Source: Chthoniobacteraceae bacterium
GTDB lineage: Bacteria; Verrucomicrobiota; Verrucomicrobiia; Chthoniobacterales; Chthoniobacteraceae
Direction of reading: 5' to 3'
DNA length: 25,582 nucleotides
Assembly: GCA_031409335.1 (NCBI GenBank)
Contig: JANNWY010000066.1
Coordinates: forward strand, 1-25,582
Shown one piece after another: positions 9,520 through 19,333 of the stretch; the first letter of the stretch is position 1, and each line of letters opens with the position of its first letter. A program made the position numbers and the translations under genes. The notes under the pieces are model-generated. The model saw only the letters and a program-made list of their open reading frames with translations. It did not search any database and was not told where the DNA came from.

Positions 9520-12500
9520 TTAGCGCGGAAATGCTTCGAGCGTTTCGTTCACCACCCGCAGGAAATCGGCGACTTTGTAGGGCTTGGTGATGTAGCCGTG
9601 CGCGCCTTGCGCGATGAGTTGCGTGATGCGGTCGCCGAGGGCGTCGGCGCTGACCATGATGACTGGGATGCCGCGCAGGGACTCGTCAATTTTCAAGCGA
9701 CGGAGCACTTCGTCGCCGCTCATGTCCGGGAGGTTTAGGTCGAGGAGGATGACGTCGGGCCGATGCTCGCGGGCGAGGTCGATTCCGAGGCTGCCTTGCA
9801 TCGCGGAGATGAGCTTCAGACCGGGCTGCAACTTCAGGATGCGCTCGACGAGGCGGAGATTCATGTCCTGGTCCTCGATGTAGAGAATCTTTCGAGAGGC
9901 CGCGCCGCTGCTGTCATCCTCCACCGGTTGGGCCGGTGGTTTTTCCGCTGGAGTGCTGGCGCATTCGATGGAGGGAAGATCGACGGTGAAGGTGCTGCCT
10001 TCGCCGGGGGTGCTTTCGACGGAGAGGACGCCATTGTTTGAAGAGACGATCCTTTGGGCGAGGGCGAGGCCAATGCCGGTGCCTTCCACTTGTGTCTGCT
10101 CGGCGCCGAGCCGCTCGAAGGGGATGAAGAGGCGGTTCATTTTTTCCGCGGGGATGCCGATGCCGGTGTCGCGGAATCGCACGCGGACGCGGTTTTCGAC
10201 CTGTTCGGCGGAAACGTTCACGGTGCCTCCGGGACGATTGTATTTCACCGCATTGGAAAGCAGGTTCATGAAGACTTGCTGGAGGCGCTGGGCGTCGGCG
10301 CTCACGCAGATGTCGCATGATTTTTCGATTTCGAGATGGACCGCGATGCCGTGCCGGTCGGCGAGGCCCTGAATCAACTCGGCGGACTCGCGCAAGGCTC
10401 CGGCGATTTCGACGGGCGCGATGGAAAGCGTCATGCGTCCGGTGTCGATGCGCGCGATGTCGAGCACTTGATTGATCAGAGCGAGGAGATGCTCACCGCC
10501 GCGGGCGATGTGCGAGACGCTCTCGGATTGGTTCGCCGTGAGCCGCTCCATTTCGAGGAGTTGGGTGAAGCCGATGATTGCATTGAGCGGCGTGCGCAGC
10601 TCGTGGCTCATGCGCGAGAGGAATTCGCTCTTCGCCCGGTTGGCGCTTTCGGCCTGCTCCTGCGCGAGGCGGATGCTTTGCTCGGCGCGCTGGCGGTTGA
10701 TGGCGCTGGTCAGGACGTTCGCGACGGTCTGGAGAAAATGCACGTCCTCCTGGGTAAAACGGCGCAGCGCAACCGACATCGCGCACAGCACGCCAAACGG
10801 CGTGGCGGATGTCTGGACGACGACGCTGAGCCCGCTGCGCGCGCCGATCGAGAGGGCGGCTTCGGAAACGGTGTAGCGCGTTTCGAGTTCGAAATCGTCC
10901 GAGATAACCGGCTCGCGAATGAGCAGCGTGTAGCCGGATTGCGAGTGCGGACCGGCTGGGATTCGATTGTGAATCGCTTCATCCGGCCAGCCAGCCGCTC
11001 CGGCGACGGTGAGTTCGCTGCGGTCCTCGGAAAGTTCCAGCAGGCTGCACACCTCGACGTTGAGCGTGTCTTTCACCACCGCGGCGGCTTCCTTGAAAAG
11101 TTCGGCGCGCGGCATCCCGCTCAGGGCACGCTGGCCGAGGCGCGCGACCGCCTCCTGCTGGAGCGCGCGATCATGGATCACCGTGTTCGCCCGCGCGAGT
11201 TCGGCGGTGCGCTCCGAGACGCGCTGCTCGAGTCGTTCGTGGGCGAGCTCGAGCGCATCCTGCGCCTGGCGCTCCATCGTGATGTCCGCAAAAAATCCGA
11301 CCATGCGCCCGATATGCCCGCGTCGATCGAGGAAGAAGTGCCCCTTCGCGTCGATCACGATCTCGCGCCCATCCTTGCGCCGGACGCGGAAGACGAGGCG
11401 GAACGGCTCGCGACTTCCGGTGACGCGCGCGATTTCCGCATCGAAAAGCGCGAGATCGTCCAGATGGATAACCTGGCGGAGGCGCTCGATCCCACCGGAC
11501 ATTTCGCCCGTGTTGTACCCGAAAAAATGCGTGAGGTCGCCGGAGTAAGCGACATCGCCATTGAATGAATTCCAGTCGAACAACAACTGGCGGCTCGAAC
11601 GAATCGCCGCGTCGTAGCGGTTCGACTCTTCGATGCGCGCGACCTCGGCGCGTTTTCGCTCGCTGATGTCGCGCAGGATCGTCGAGATGAATTCCACCCG
11701 GCCATCCGGCCCCGGATGCGCGAGCACCACTTGCAGCATGGGAATCTCGTGGCTATCCGCGCCTTGCAGTGCGGTTTCCCCATTCCACGCACCCTCGGCG
11801 ATGGCAGCGGGGATGCCTTCCTTAAACACGATCTCATTGGCCCAGTCCGGGTGGCACTGGCTGAGGTTGTGTTCCAAAAGTGGCCCGGTGAGTGGCCATC
11901 CGAGCAGCTTTCGTCCCGCCTCGTTGAGGTGCAGGATTTCGCCGTTCGGATGCGCCATCGCCACCACGTCCGTCGTCGCTTCGAGGATGCGCACGAAACG
12001 TTCACGCTCCTGCTCCGCGGCTTTCCGCGCGGAGATATCGCGCATCGCTCCGAGCACGCGCAGCACATTGCCATCGCTATCACGGACGATGCACGCACGG
12101 TCATCCACGCTGATCCACGTCCCATTGCGGCGGCGGATGCGGTACTCGTTCGTGACGTCCGGCGCCTCTTTGCTCAATGCATTCTGGAGCGCGCCCATTG
12201 CGCGTTCCCGGTCTTCGGAATGCACGCGCTGCCTCCACCACTCGATGGTCGCATCCAGCGAGCCCGGCACGTCGCCGAGCACCTCCGAGAACGCTGTGTT
12301 GTGGATCACGCGCCCGGTGCGCGCATCCCAATTCCACACCATGTCGCGCGTCGCCAGCGTCAGCAGGCGCACCTGCTCCTCCATGTCGCGCCGACTCGCG
12401 TCCATGTCGCGGCGTTCAGTCACATCCACGCAAAATCCGATGAAGCCGGCAAATTTCCCCTCAATCTCAAACGGCCGACTGCGGTCAAACACCCAGCGGT

Positions 12501-12807
12501 ATTCGCCATCGTGACGCCGGAGCCGGTACTCCATTTGCAGCGGCACTTTTTCCCCGACCGCCCCCTTCAAAGAATGCGCGCATTTTCCACGATCCTCCGG
12601 GTGGATCGCCCCCAGCCAGCCAGCCGTGAAATTCGCGGTGATGTCGTTGCCAGTGAAATCCTTGAACGCCCCGTTGTAATACACGCAGTTACCCCCGGGA
12701 TCCGAGCACCACACCATCGTCGGAAAACAATCCAGCAGGGCGCGGTCGAATACGAAATCCTGATGGATCGAAGCCTTGGACGAATCGTCTGGCGTTTTGA
12801 TGGGCAT
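9520..12807 (-). CDS. Soluble hybrid sensor histidine kinase (about 4 PAS/PAC, GAF, HisKA, HATPase, receiver)
   Basis: PAS/PAC motifs (IHPEDR...EYRLRRHDGEYRW...DVTERR), GAF segment, H-box EFLSRMSHELRTPLNAI, NLLSNAVKY, DTGIGI, GTGIGLA, receiver ILYIED...LLDLNLPDMSG...KPY. Start at 12807 (MPIKTP) is a best guess. Confidence 0.92.
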   Translation of the reverse strand: MPIKTPDDSSKASIHQDFVFDRALLDCFPTMVWCSDPGGNCVYYNGAFKDFTGNDITANFTAGWLGAIHPEDRGKCAHSLKGAVGEKVPLQMEYRLRRHDGEYRWVFDRSRPFEIEGKFAGFIGFCVDVTERRDMDASRRDMEEQVRLLTLATRDMVWNWDARTGRVIHNTAFSEVLGDVPGSLDATIEWWRQRVHSEDRERAMGALQNALSKEAPDVTNEYRIRRRNGTWISVDDRACIVRDSDGNVLRVLGAMRDISARKAAEQERERFVRILEATTDVVAMAHPNGEILHLNEAGRKLLGWPLTGPLLEHNLSQCHPDWANEIVFKEGIPAAIAEGAWNGETALQGADSHEIPMLQVVLAHPGPDGRVEFISTILRDISERKRAEVARIEESNRYDAAIRSSRQLLFDWNSFNGDVAYSGDLTHFFGYNTGEMSGGIERLRQVIHLDDLALFDAEIARVTGSREPFRLVFRVRRKDGREIVIDAKGHFFLDRRGHIGRMVGFFADITMERQAQDALELAHERLEQRVSERTAELARANTVIHDRALQQEAVARLGQRALSGMPRAELFKEAAAVVKDTLNVEVCSLLELSEDRSELTVAGAAGWPDEAIHNRIPAGPHSQSGYTLLIREPVISDDFELETRYTVSEAALSIGARSGLSVVVQTSATPFGVLCAMSVALRRFTQEDVHFLQTVANVLTSAINRQRAEQSIRLAQEQAESANRAKSEFLSRMSHELRTPLNAIIGFTQLLEMERLTANQSESVSHIARGGEHLLALINQVLDIARIDTGRMTLSIAPVEIAGALRESAELIQGLADRHGIAVHLEIEKSCDICVSADAQRLQQVFMNLLSNAVKYNRPGGTVNVSAEQVENRVRVRFRDTGIGIPAEKMNRLFIPFERLGAEQTQVEGTGIGLALAQRIVSSNNGVLSVESTPGEGSTFTVDLPSIECASTPAEKPPAQPVEDDSSGAASRKILYIEDQDMNLRLVERILKLQPGLKLISAMQGSLGIDLAREHRPDVILLDLNLPDMSGDEVLRRLKIDESLRGIPVIMVSADALGDRITQLIAQGAHGYITKPYKVADFLRVVNETLEAFPR

Positions 12808-13020
12808 TGTTAGTCTGTCAGCGGCATCCCGCGCGTCTCGGGGGGCGCGCAAGATGAGTGCCATTCCGGCGTCATAGATCAAGGAAATCATCGTCCCCAT
12901 CGCACAATCATTCCCGGCAGGTTTGCCGGGAAGGCGATCCGGCACCTGGCGGGGAACGAGCGAAATGTCAGGCAGCATCGCCCGGTCGTGCAGGGCATGC
13001 CTGGAAATGTGCGACCACCA

Positions 13021-13060
13021 AACACACAAAGTGCGCGCCCTGCCATGGCCGGACGCGCAC
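13021..13060 (-). terminator. Probable intrinsic terminator of the DUF5069-like gene
   Basis: Minus strand reads GTGCGCGTCC-GGCCATGGCA-GGGCGCGCAC followed by TTTGTGTGTT, about 26 nt after the stop. Confidence 0.55.
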
Positions 13061-13086
13061 TGGTGTGAAACTGAAGGCCGCTCCGC

Positions 13087-13530
13087 TTAACTCAGCACTT
13101 CCTTATGGAAGGTCGCCCAGTCATCCAGATTGTTCAGATCGACCGCGCCGGGACTCACCGAACCATCATCCGCAAGGCCGCATGAACCGAGGATGCCCTT
13201 CCGCGTGCCATCGTCGTGAATATAGCCGCGAATCGCCGCATTGTTCTTATAGATCGTCGCTTTGTCCAATTTCACGCCGGGCTGGGTCTTGATCCATGCC
13301 TCAAACTGCGTGTAGCTCGGCTTCTTCGTTTTCACGAAGTCCCGAACTGCGCTTTCATCGAGGCCAAGCGCCGCCAGGACCATGCCATCGTAGCCTTTGC
13401 CGATGCCGGGGTAGTCCGGGTGAAGTTTGCCGACAGTCTCGAGCGAAACTTTTTGCCAAAGGCGGGGAAGATGAATGACGCCGAGTGGACCCGCGACGCC
13501 GGAACTGATCAAGGGAATGTGGTTGCTCAT
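13087..13530 (-). CDS. DUF5069-like protein (147 aa)
   Basis: GPLGVIHLPRLWQK...YPGIGKGYD...LNNLDDW pattern recognised from memory of this family. A/C-rich unstructured leader precedes ATG 13530. Confidence 0.75.
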   Translation of the reverse strand: MSNHIPLISSGVAGPLGVIHLPRLWQKVSLETVGKLHPDYPGIGKGYDGMVLAALGLDESAVRDFVKTKKPSYTQFEAWIKTQPGVKLDKATIYKNNAAIRGYIHDDGTRKGILGSCGLADDGSVSPGAVDLNNLDDWATFHKEVLS

Positions 13531-13793
13531 GAATTTGTCTGTGTTTGTTCTGTTACTGTTTGAATTGATCGCCTCGGGAACATTTGCGTCCCCGCGCTTT
13601 CGTGAACGGCGGTTATCCCGGATACCGCCCAATCTCCGCAATCAAAAAACCGAAAAGAATGATGCTGAGTCCACCCGGCGCGCCCTTCCGGGCCACGCGC
13701 CACGCTTCGCCCGCTGCGCAACGCCTGTGGGGCCACGCGCCGGACCTCGAGGATGCTCCAGTGGAGATGAGATTAGCCGGTTTTCCTTCGTGT

Positions 13794-13840
13794 GCTGCCC
13801 TTCGGCGGGCTCAGGGCCTTGAGCGTGTCGAAACGGCTGC
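13794..13840. repeat. REP-like short palindrome (TTCG..GGCTCAGGGCC-TGAGC..GTCGAA type) flanked by GCTGC direct repeats
   Basis: Imperfect stem TTCGGCGGGCTCA/TGAGCGTGTCGAA (13801-13832). GCTGC at 13794-13798 and 13836-13840. A related half copy lies at 24088-24106. Confidence 0.65.
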
Positions 13841-14086
13841 ATGGGAATGGAACACACCCCGATCATGGCGCTTTTTTCGCCCTCTAAACAGGGTAGGTCC
13901 GCACTATACCGCTCGGCGTCACAAATTGTGCTTTCCGGGTTAGCGGTTCGGGCGCGTTTGCAGACTGCCATTCCACGCCCTCGACCACCATCTCCTGGCA
14001 TCGAATGTCCGCGACGAAGAGTTCGCGTCAATTGCGCGGTCGGGACCGGTTCCATCGCTGCACCTCGTCACCGGCACCTTCCGCGG

Positions 14087-17080
14087 CTACTTCGCGAAGG
14101 CTTTGTCCTGCGCGTTGCCGGCGGAGAGGACGTAGGCGTAGAGGTCGAGGAGTTCGTCCTTGTTCAGCGCGTTGATGAGGCCGGGAGGCATCATCGAGAT
14201 GTTGAAGGGCTTCCGGGATTTGATGTCGGCGGAATCCACCGCGGTCTGCACATCGGGGGCCAGCGGGCTGGTCATCACGGAGAGCTTGCCGCTTTGCTCG
14301 ACGACAACGCGGCCGATGACGGTGGCACCATCCTTTTTCTCGATCTGCTCGGTGCCATACTGGTCGCTGATGACTTTGCTGGGATCGACGATGTTCTCCG
14401 TGAAATCACGGATCGTGTAGCGGCTCCCGGAACCAGTGAGGTCGGGGCCGATATTGCCGCCTTCGCCGGCAAAGTGGTGGCAATTGATGCAGAGCGTCGC
14501 TGCAAACATCGCCTTGCCTTGCGCGAAGTTGCGACCGTGCAGCCCGTCGCCGACGAGGGCGGCGACTTCGTCCGTGGTGTAGGCGCGGCCGGGACCTTTC
14601 GGCATGGTGAGATTCGCGGGCGGCGCGGGCGGCGCGGCTTTCGAGAGGGCGTCGAGCGCATCGCGTTCGGCGAGGTCGGGGACGAAGTTGGCGAGGGATT
14701 CGGTGCGGATGTTGTCGATGAATTTGGTGAAACTATTGCCGCCTTTCCACACACGGGTGCGCGGGAACCATGCGAAGTAAGTCTTCCGCAACTCGGGCGT
14801 CCAGCCGACCTTGGCGCAGCGCAGCGTGTAGGCGTAGTCGATGGCTTGATGATTCGGGCGGCTTTTTTTGGCGTCGGCGGCGGCCTGCGCGTAGCCGTCG
14901 TTGCGCGCGAGCAGTTGTGCTTCGCCGATGCTTACGTCATGGCCGACCGCGGTTTCGAGGAGCGGGACGGTTTTGGCGACGACGGTTGGCGAATCGAGCG
15001 CGACGAGGAGCTTGGACAGTTCGCGATTGATATAGAAATCGTTGCTCGGGAAAAGTGGATCGAGTTTCGCGCAGAGTTCGGGTGCGGGCTTGCCCATGCG
15101 AATGACGGTGAGCTGCCATGCGCGCAGGAGCGACAGGCGCAGTTCGGTGGCAACTTTCGCGAATTCCATCTTCCCAAGCGCTTCGAAAATGCGGGGTGCG
15201 AGCGTCCGGTCGCCGACTCTTGCGAGTGCGACGAGCGCCTCGATCGCGGCTTGCGGGTTCCTTTCCGCGAGAGCGCGATCCGCCCATTTCGCGGCAGGCT
15301 GGCGCTCAATGGCGACGCGTGCGGCGAAGCGCACGAAGCGGTCGCTGTGCGCGAGATGCGGCCAGGCTTTTTCGATCGCATCCGGGCCGGTTCCGTCGAT
15401 GTGCAACGCTTCGAGTTGGTGGCGCAGTTTCGCCTCCGGCGTGATCTCGACGCGCGGCGCGGGCGCGGTGGATTCCTTGCCGGTGTAAGTCACGCGGTAA
15501 AGCGCCGACTGGGTCTTGCGCCCGCCGATGAGAAAATACATCGCCCCATCTATTGGATGAATGACGAGATCACTGAGCGGCAGTGGTTTTCCGGCGACGA
15601 ATTCCTCCTTCTCCATGCGGAAACTCGCCCCGTCCGCCACGGGATGAAACGCGTACATGGTGCCGTAGGTCCAGTCGGCGGCGAAGAGGGCGCGCTGGTA
15701 TTTCGCGGGAAATTTCGCGCCAGTGCCGAAGACGGTGCCGGTCGGTGAGCCCGGACCGATATCGATCGCGGGCGGCAGATTGTCGGGATAATACGCGGGC
15801 CATTTTCCCGAGCCACTGCGCCACCCGAACTCGCCACCGCTCACGCAATGCGCGATGCGTGTGGGCCGGTACCATGGCGCGCCGATGTCCCATTCCATGT
15901 CGCTGTCGTAGGTGAAGAGTTCACCGTTCGCGTCAAAGGCGATGTCGAAGCTGTTGCGGAAACCAGCGGTGTAAAGCTCGACGACTTTCCCGTCGGGATC
16001 GGTTTTGCAGACGTGGCCGCCTGGCGCGAGGATGCCTTTGGCGTGACCGTTCGCGTCCCACATGCGGTTGACGATTTGGTCTTCATCCCATGCGCGGGCG
16101 GCGCGGGAGAGTTCCATGCGGTCGGGCAGTTTCGTGTGGTTGCCATCGACGAAAAACAGCGATTTTCCATCCGGGCTCAGAGCGATGCTGTGCGGGCCGT
16201 GCTCGCCACTACCGTCGATTTTGCGCAGCAGTTCCGGTTTCCCAAACTGATCGCCCGCATCCCGCAGCCGGTAGAGCCCCTGCCCGGACTTTTCGTTCAC
16301 CATCACGTAGAGACTTTCGAATGCGTAGAGCAACCCGTGCGCACCGCCGATTTCCACAGCCAGCGGCTCGACTTTTGTCCCGTCCGATTTGCCGACCGGC
16401 GGGACTTCCACCCGGAACAGCCCGCCGTTTTGATCGCCCACAATGAGACGACCTTTCGGATCGACCGCCATGCTCACCCACGAACCCTGTTCCGCCTTGG
16501 GCACCGTGTAGAGCAGCTCCACTTTGAAACCCGGCGGCACTTGCAGGGTGTCCGGCGCGGCGGCGATCTGCGCAGCCCCCATTTTCCCAGCCGACGCGAG
16601 CGCATCGCCCCACGGCTCCTTTCCATATTTCGCGACGATCCCCGCTGGCTTGAATTCCGCGCTACCCTGCGGTGCGAACGTCCAGTCCGCACCAGTCTCG
16701 ATCACCCGCTTTTTCCCATCGGCCATCTCGATCGTCAGCGTGCCGACGAGCGCCGCGACGCCGTCCGCGTTGCGCGCGTCGAAGCGCAGTTCATTTTCCC
16801 CCGCCCGCAAATTTTTCGCGATACCCGCCTTGGTCGGGTTCATCCAATCCGGATTGTCCGCGACCTTCGAGCCATTCACAAAAGCGGTCGCGCCATTGTC
16901 GCAAGTGAACACCAGCGCCGCCGATTTCACCGTGCCGTCGAGCGTGAAAGTTTTGCGAAAAGTAGCGCGCTCATTTGGCTTCGCAGCCGAGCCGGTCCAG
17001 ATCCACGCTGGCTCGGCCAGCGCGGCGAGCGGGGATGCGATGACGAGAGCGAGGGCGGGAAAAACGCAGGAGAAATTCAT
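14087..17080 (-). CDS. Secreted PVC-type heme-binding protein: signal peptide, beta-sandwich, sorbosone-dehydrogenase-like propeller, HEAT-like repeats, C-terminal cytochrome c
   Basis: Signal peptide ending ALA-E; VPPGFKVELLY, GEHGPH, GFRNSFDIAFD, YDSDMEWD, GPGSPTG; CINCH heme motif, GNIGPDLTG, IVDPSKVIS, SMMPPGL. Confidence 0.85.
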   Translation of the reverse strand: MNFSCVFPALALVIASPLAALAEPAWIWTGSAAKPNERATFRKTFTLDGTVKSAALVFTCDNGATAFVNGSKVADNPDWMNPTKAGIAKNLRAGENELRFDARNADGVAALVGTLTIEMADGKKRVIETGADWTFAPQGSAEFKPAGIVAKYGKEPWGDALASAGKMGAAQIAAAPDTLQVPPGFKVELLYTVPKAEQGSWVSMAVDPKGRLIVGDQNGGLFRVEVPPVGKSDGTKVEPLAVEIGGAHGLLYAFESLYVMVNEKSGQGLYRLRDAGDQFGKPELLRKIDGSGEHGPHSIALSPDGKSLFFVDGNHTKLPDRMELSRAARAWDEDQIVNRMWDANGHAKGILAPGGHVCKTDPDGKVVELYTAGFRNSFDIAFDANGELFTYDSDMEWDIGAPWYRPTRIAHCVSGGEFGWRSGSGKWPAYYPDNLPPAIDIGPGSPTGTVFGTGAKFPAKYQRALFAADWTYGTMYAFHPVADGASFRMEKEEFVAGKPLPLSDLVIHPIDGAMYFLIGGRKTQSALYRVTYTGKESTAPAPRVEITPEAKLRHQLEALHIDGTGPDAIEKAWPHLAHSDRFVRFAARVAIERQPAAKWADRALAERNPQAAIEALVALARVGDRTLAPRIFEALGKMEFAKVATELRLSLLRAWQLTVIRMGKPAPELCAKLDPLFPSNDFYINRELSKLLVALDSPTVVAKTVPLLETAVGHDVSIGEAQLLARNDGYAQAAADAKKSRPNHQAIDYAYTLRCAKVGWTPELRKTYFAWFPRTRVWKGGNSFTKFIDNIRTESLANFVPDLAERDALDALSKAAPPAPPANLTMPKGPGRAYTTDEVAALVGDGLHGRNFAQGKAMFAATLCINCHHFAGEGGNIGPDLTGSGSRYTIRDFTENIVDPSKVISDQYGTEQIEKKDGATVIGRVVVEQSGKLSVMTSPLAPDVQTAVDSADIKSRKPFNISMMPPGLINALNKDELLDLYAYVLSAGNAQDKAFAK

Positions 17081-17465
17081 GGGTGCTTCGACTTAATTCC
17101 GAGTGACGACGATGCTTAGTGGAAACGATACGATCGGAGAAGGGATTCGCGCTGCCGCATTTTTTCGCAAAGGCGCCGCGCGAGCAGACGCGCAGCGAGG
17201 ACGACGATCACGGTGCCTTGCTGGAAAAATGATCCAACGCCGTTGGGTTGTCGCAATCGGCGAGGTAAATGCGCTGCATTTTCAGCAGCAGAAGGCCGAT
17301 GAAAAATCCAGCAACCATGGCGCCAAGATTCGCCCACGGCAAGCGGCAAGTCAGCGTGTTGACGCGATACGGGACAAACATGGACAGCCGATCAGTCAGG
17401 TGAAAAACGATTGAATCGCATTCACGAAAACATCTCCAGGACCGCCCTCCCCTACCCGTCCGGGA

Positions 17466-17855
17466 TTAGCGTTTGCTGAACTGGAAGCGCTTGCGTGCGC
17501 CGGGCTGGCCGGATTTTTTCCGCTCCTTCATCCGCGGATCGCGGCGAAGAAGACCCGCTGGCTTGAGCAGCGGGCGGAGTTCCGGGTTATGCTCGGTAAG
17601 AGCACGCGCGATCGCGAGGCGCACCGCGCCAGCCTGGCCGGACATTCCGCCACCGGATGCATTCACGCTAATATCGAAAGCATTCACGCTCTTGGCCACT
17701 TCGAGCGGCTGGAGGACCGCGTTTTGCAGCGCGCTCGTCTTGAAATAATCCTCAAAGGAACGGCCATTGACCTCGATCACGCCAGTTCCCGCAGTCATGC
17801 GGATGCGAGCGACTGCGTCTTTGCGGCGACCTGTGGCGATGAATTCCTGCGACAT
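17466..17855 (-). CDS. rpsI: 30S ribosomal protein S9
   Basis: TGRRKDAVAR, GGGMSGQAGA, RDPRMKERKK, ARKRFQFSKR. Confidence 0.98.
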   Translation of the reverse strand: MSQEFIATGRRKDAVARIRMTAGTGVIEVNGRSFEDYFKTSALQNAVLQPLEVAKSVNAFDISVNASGGGMSGQAGAVRLAIARALTEHNPELRPLLKPAGLLRRDPRMKERKKSGQPGARKRFQFSKR

Positions 17856-17873
17856 GATTTTAGAAAGTGGACG

Positions 17874-18308
17874 TTATTTGATTTCAGTGACCGGCACCGG
17901 AGCCTGCGCCACATGCGGATGATCGGCACCGCTATAGACCTTGAGTTTCGTGAACGTCGAGCGACCCAGACGGTTGTGCGGGATCATTCCTTTCACCGCG
18001 CGCTCGATGAGCAGCGTGGGCCGCCGCGCGCGACGCGCTTTGAAATTCTCGGTCTTGTGACCACCGACAAATCCCGAAAAACTCATGTAGGTCTTGTCCG
18101 TTTCCTTCTTGCCCGTGACGCGCACTTTCGCCGCATTGATGACGATGACGAAGTCACCCGTATCGACATGCGAAGTGTAAATCGGCTTCTCTTTGCCGCG
18201 CAAAAGATTGGCGGCCTTGACGGCGACGCGACCCAAAACCTGGTCGGCGGCATCAATGACCCACCACTGGCGTTTGACTTCGTTGGCTTTGGCGGAAAAT
18301 GTTTTCAT
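17874..18308 (-). CDS. rplM: 50S ribosomal protein L13
   Basis: [48 protein letters not shown]. Confidence 0.98.
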   Translation of the reverse strand: MKTFSAKANEVKRQWWVIDAADQVLGRVAVKAANLLRGKEKPIYTSHVDTGDFVIVINAAKVRVTGKKETDKTYMSFSGFVGGHKTENFKARRARRPTLLIERAVKGMIPHNRLGRSTFTKLKVYSGADHPHVAQAPVPVTEIK

Positions 18309-18335
18309 GTCTTCGGTCCTGTAAAAAGGGCGGGC

Positions 18336-18364
18336 AAACTAGGTGGCACGTCTTGGAGTGTCAA
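18336..18364 (-). promoter_or_regulatory. Sigma70-type promoter of rplM-rpsI
   Basis: TTGACA (18364-18359), 17-bp spacer, TAGTTT (18341-18336), 27 bp upstream of the rplM ATG. Confidence 0.75.
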
Positions 18365-18787
18365 TGGATTTGTTCACGGCAATTTTGCCAGCGATTGCGG
18401 GCGCGTCCGGTGCGATTCACTTTGCAAAATCCGCGCCCCGATTTTGCCCGCTATTAGCCTTGCCGACATGCGCCAAGAAGTGAAACGCCGCACTCTTCCC
18501 ATCCTCGGGTTGTCGCGTGCGGAACTTTGGATGCACGTCCGCCGAGATGACCAGCAGCAAGTCGATCAAAGTGAACCGGTCGTCCGAGTGCGCGAGCATC
18601 GCCGCGCGCCCGCTCGGGAAATGAGTGAGGAACTCGCCATTCATGCGCTCCCAATTCACATCGGTTCCCTGCTGCCATTGGCGCTGTGGGTTTGGTCGAG
18701 CCCCGAGGGGAAAACAGAGGATCGCCATTTCTCACTCGGCCGGGAATAAACGCCCACGCTTTCACCTCCGACCTGTCAACTGCGCCC

Positions 18788-19333
18788 ATGACCGATTTCG
18801 AGCAACTTGTTGATCGCCACTACGCCCCGCTTTACCGCTTCGCATTTAGCATGGCGAAAAGCGCGACTGAGGCGGCGGATTTGACGCAGCAGACGTTTTA
18901 TCTGTGGGCAGCGAAGGGGCATCAGCTTCGCGATCGGTCGAAGGTCAAGTCGTGGCTTTTCACCACGCTTTATCGCGAATACGTGAGCACTTACCGGCAC
19001 AATACCAAATTCCACCACATCGAACTGGTCGATGCCGCGCCCGAACTGCCTTCGGTCGCGCCGTCCATTTTCAACGAAATCGACGGCGGCACCGTCATCG
19101 CCGCGCTGGCGCAGGTGGATGAGGCGTTTCGCGCGCCGCTGACGCTGTTTTACCTGGAAGAACTCTCCTACAAGGAAATCGCCGCCGTGCTCGAGGTGCC
19201 GATCGGGACCGTGATGTCGCGGCTGTCGCGCGGGAAGGCGCAACTGCGGCAGCTCCTGCTCAGCGAGCGCGACGGGGCCGCGCGCAAGATCATCCCCATT
19301 TCCGCGTCCACCGGCGCGAACCAATTACCGTGA
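18788..19333 (+). CDS. ECF-family RNA polymerase sigma factor (181 aa)
   Basis: Region 2 LYRFAFSM...EAADLTQQTF...KSWLFTTL; region 4 LFYLEELSYKEIAAVLEVPIGTVMSRLSRGK. Confidence 0.93.
   Translation: MTDFEQLVDRHYAPLYRFAFSMAKSATEAADLTQQTFYLWAAKGHQLRDRSKVKSWLFTTLYREYVSTYRHNTKFHHIELVDAAPELPSVAPSIFNEIDGGTVIAALAQVDEAFRAPLTLFYLEELSYKEIAAVLEVPIGTVMSRLSRGKAQLRQLLLSERDGAARKIIPISASTGANQLP

Noticed and set aside
12808..13029. 74-aa extension of the kinase ORF
   Set aside because: Not domain-like and overlaps the terminator region of the upstream gene. The true start remains somewhat uncertain.
13560..13630. c-di-GMP-I riboswitch call
   Set aside because: Only the GAAA...GGGACGCAAA part matches; no receptor arm or closing P1 could be found by eye. 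Kept only as a low-scoring structured leader.
13642..14055. 137-aa minus-strand ORF in the large intergenic gap
   Set aside because: No recognisable motifs, atypical composition, and it reads through the REP-like hairpin.
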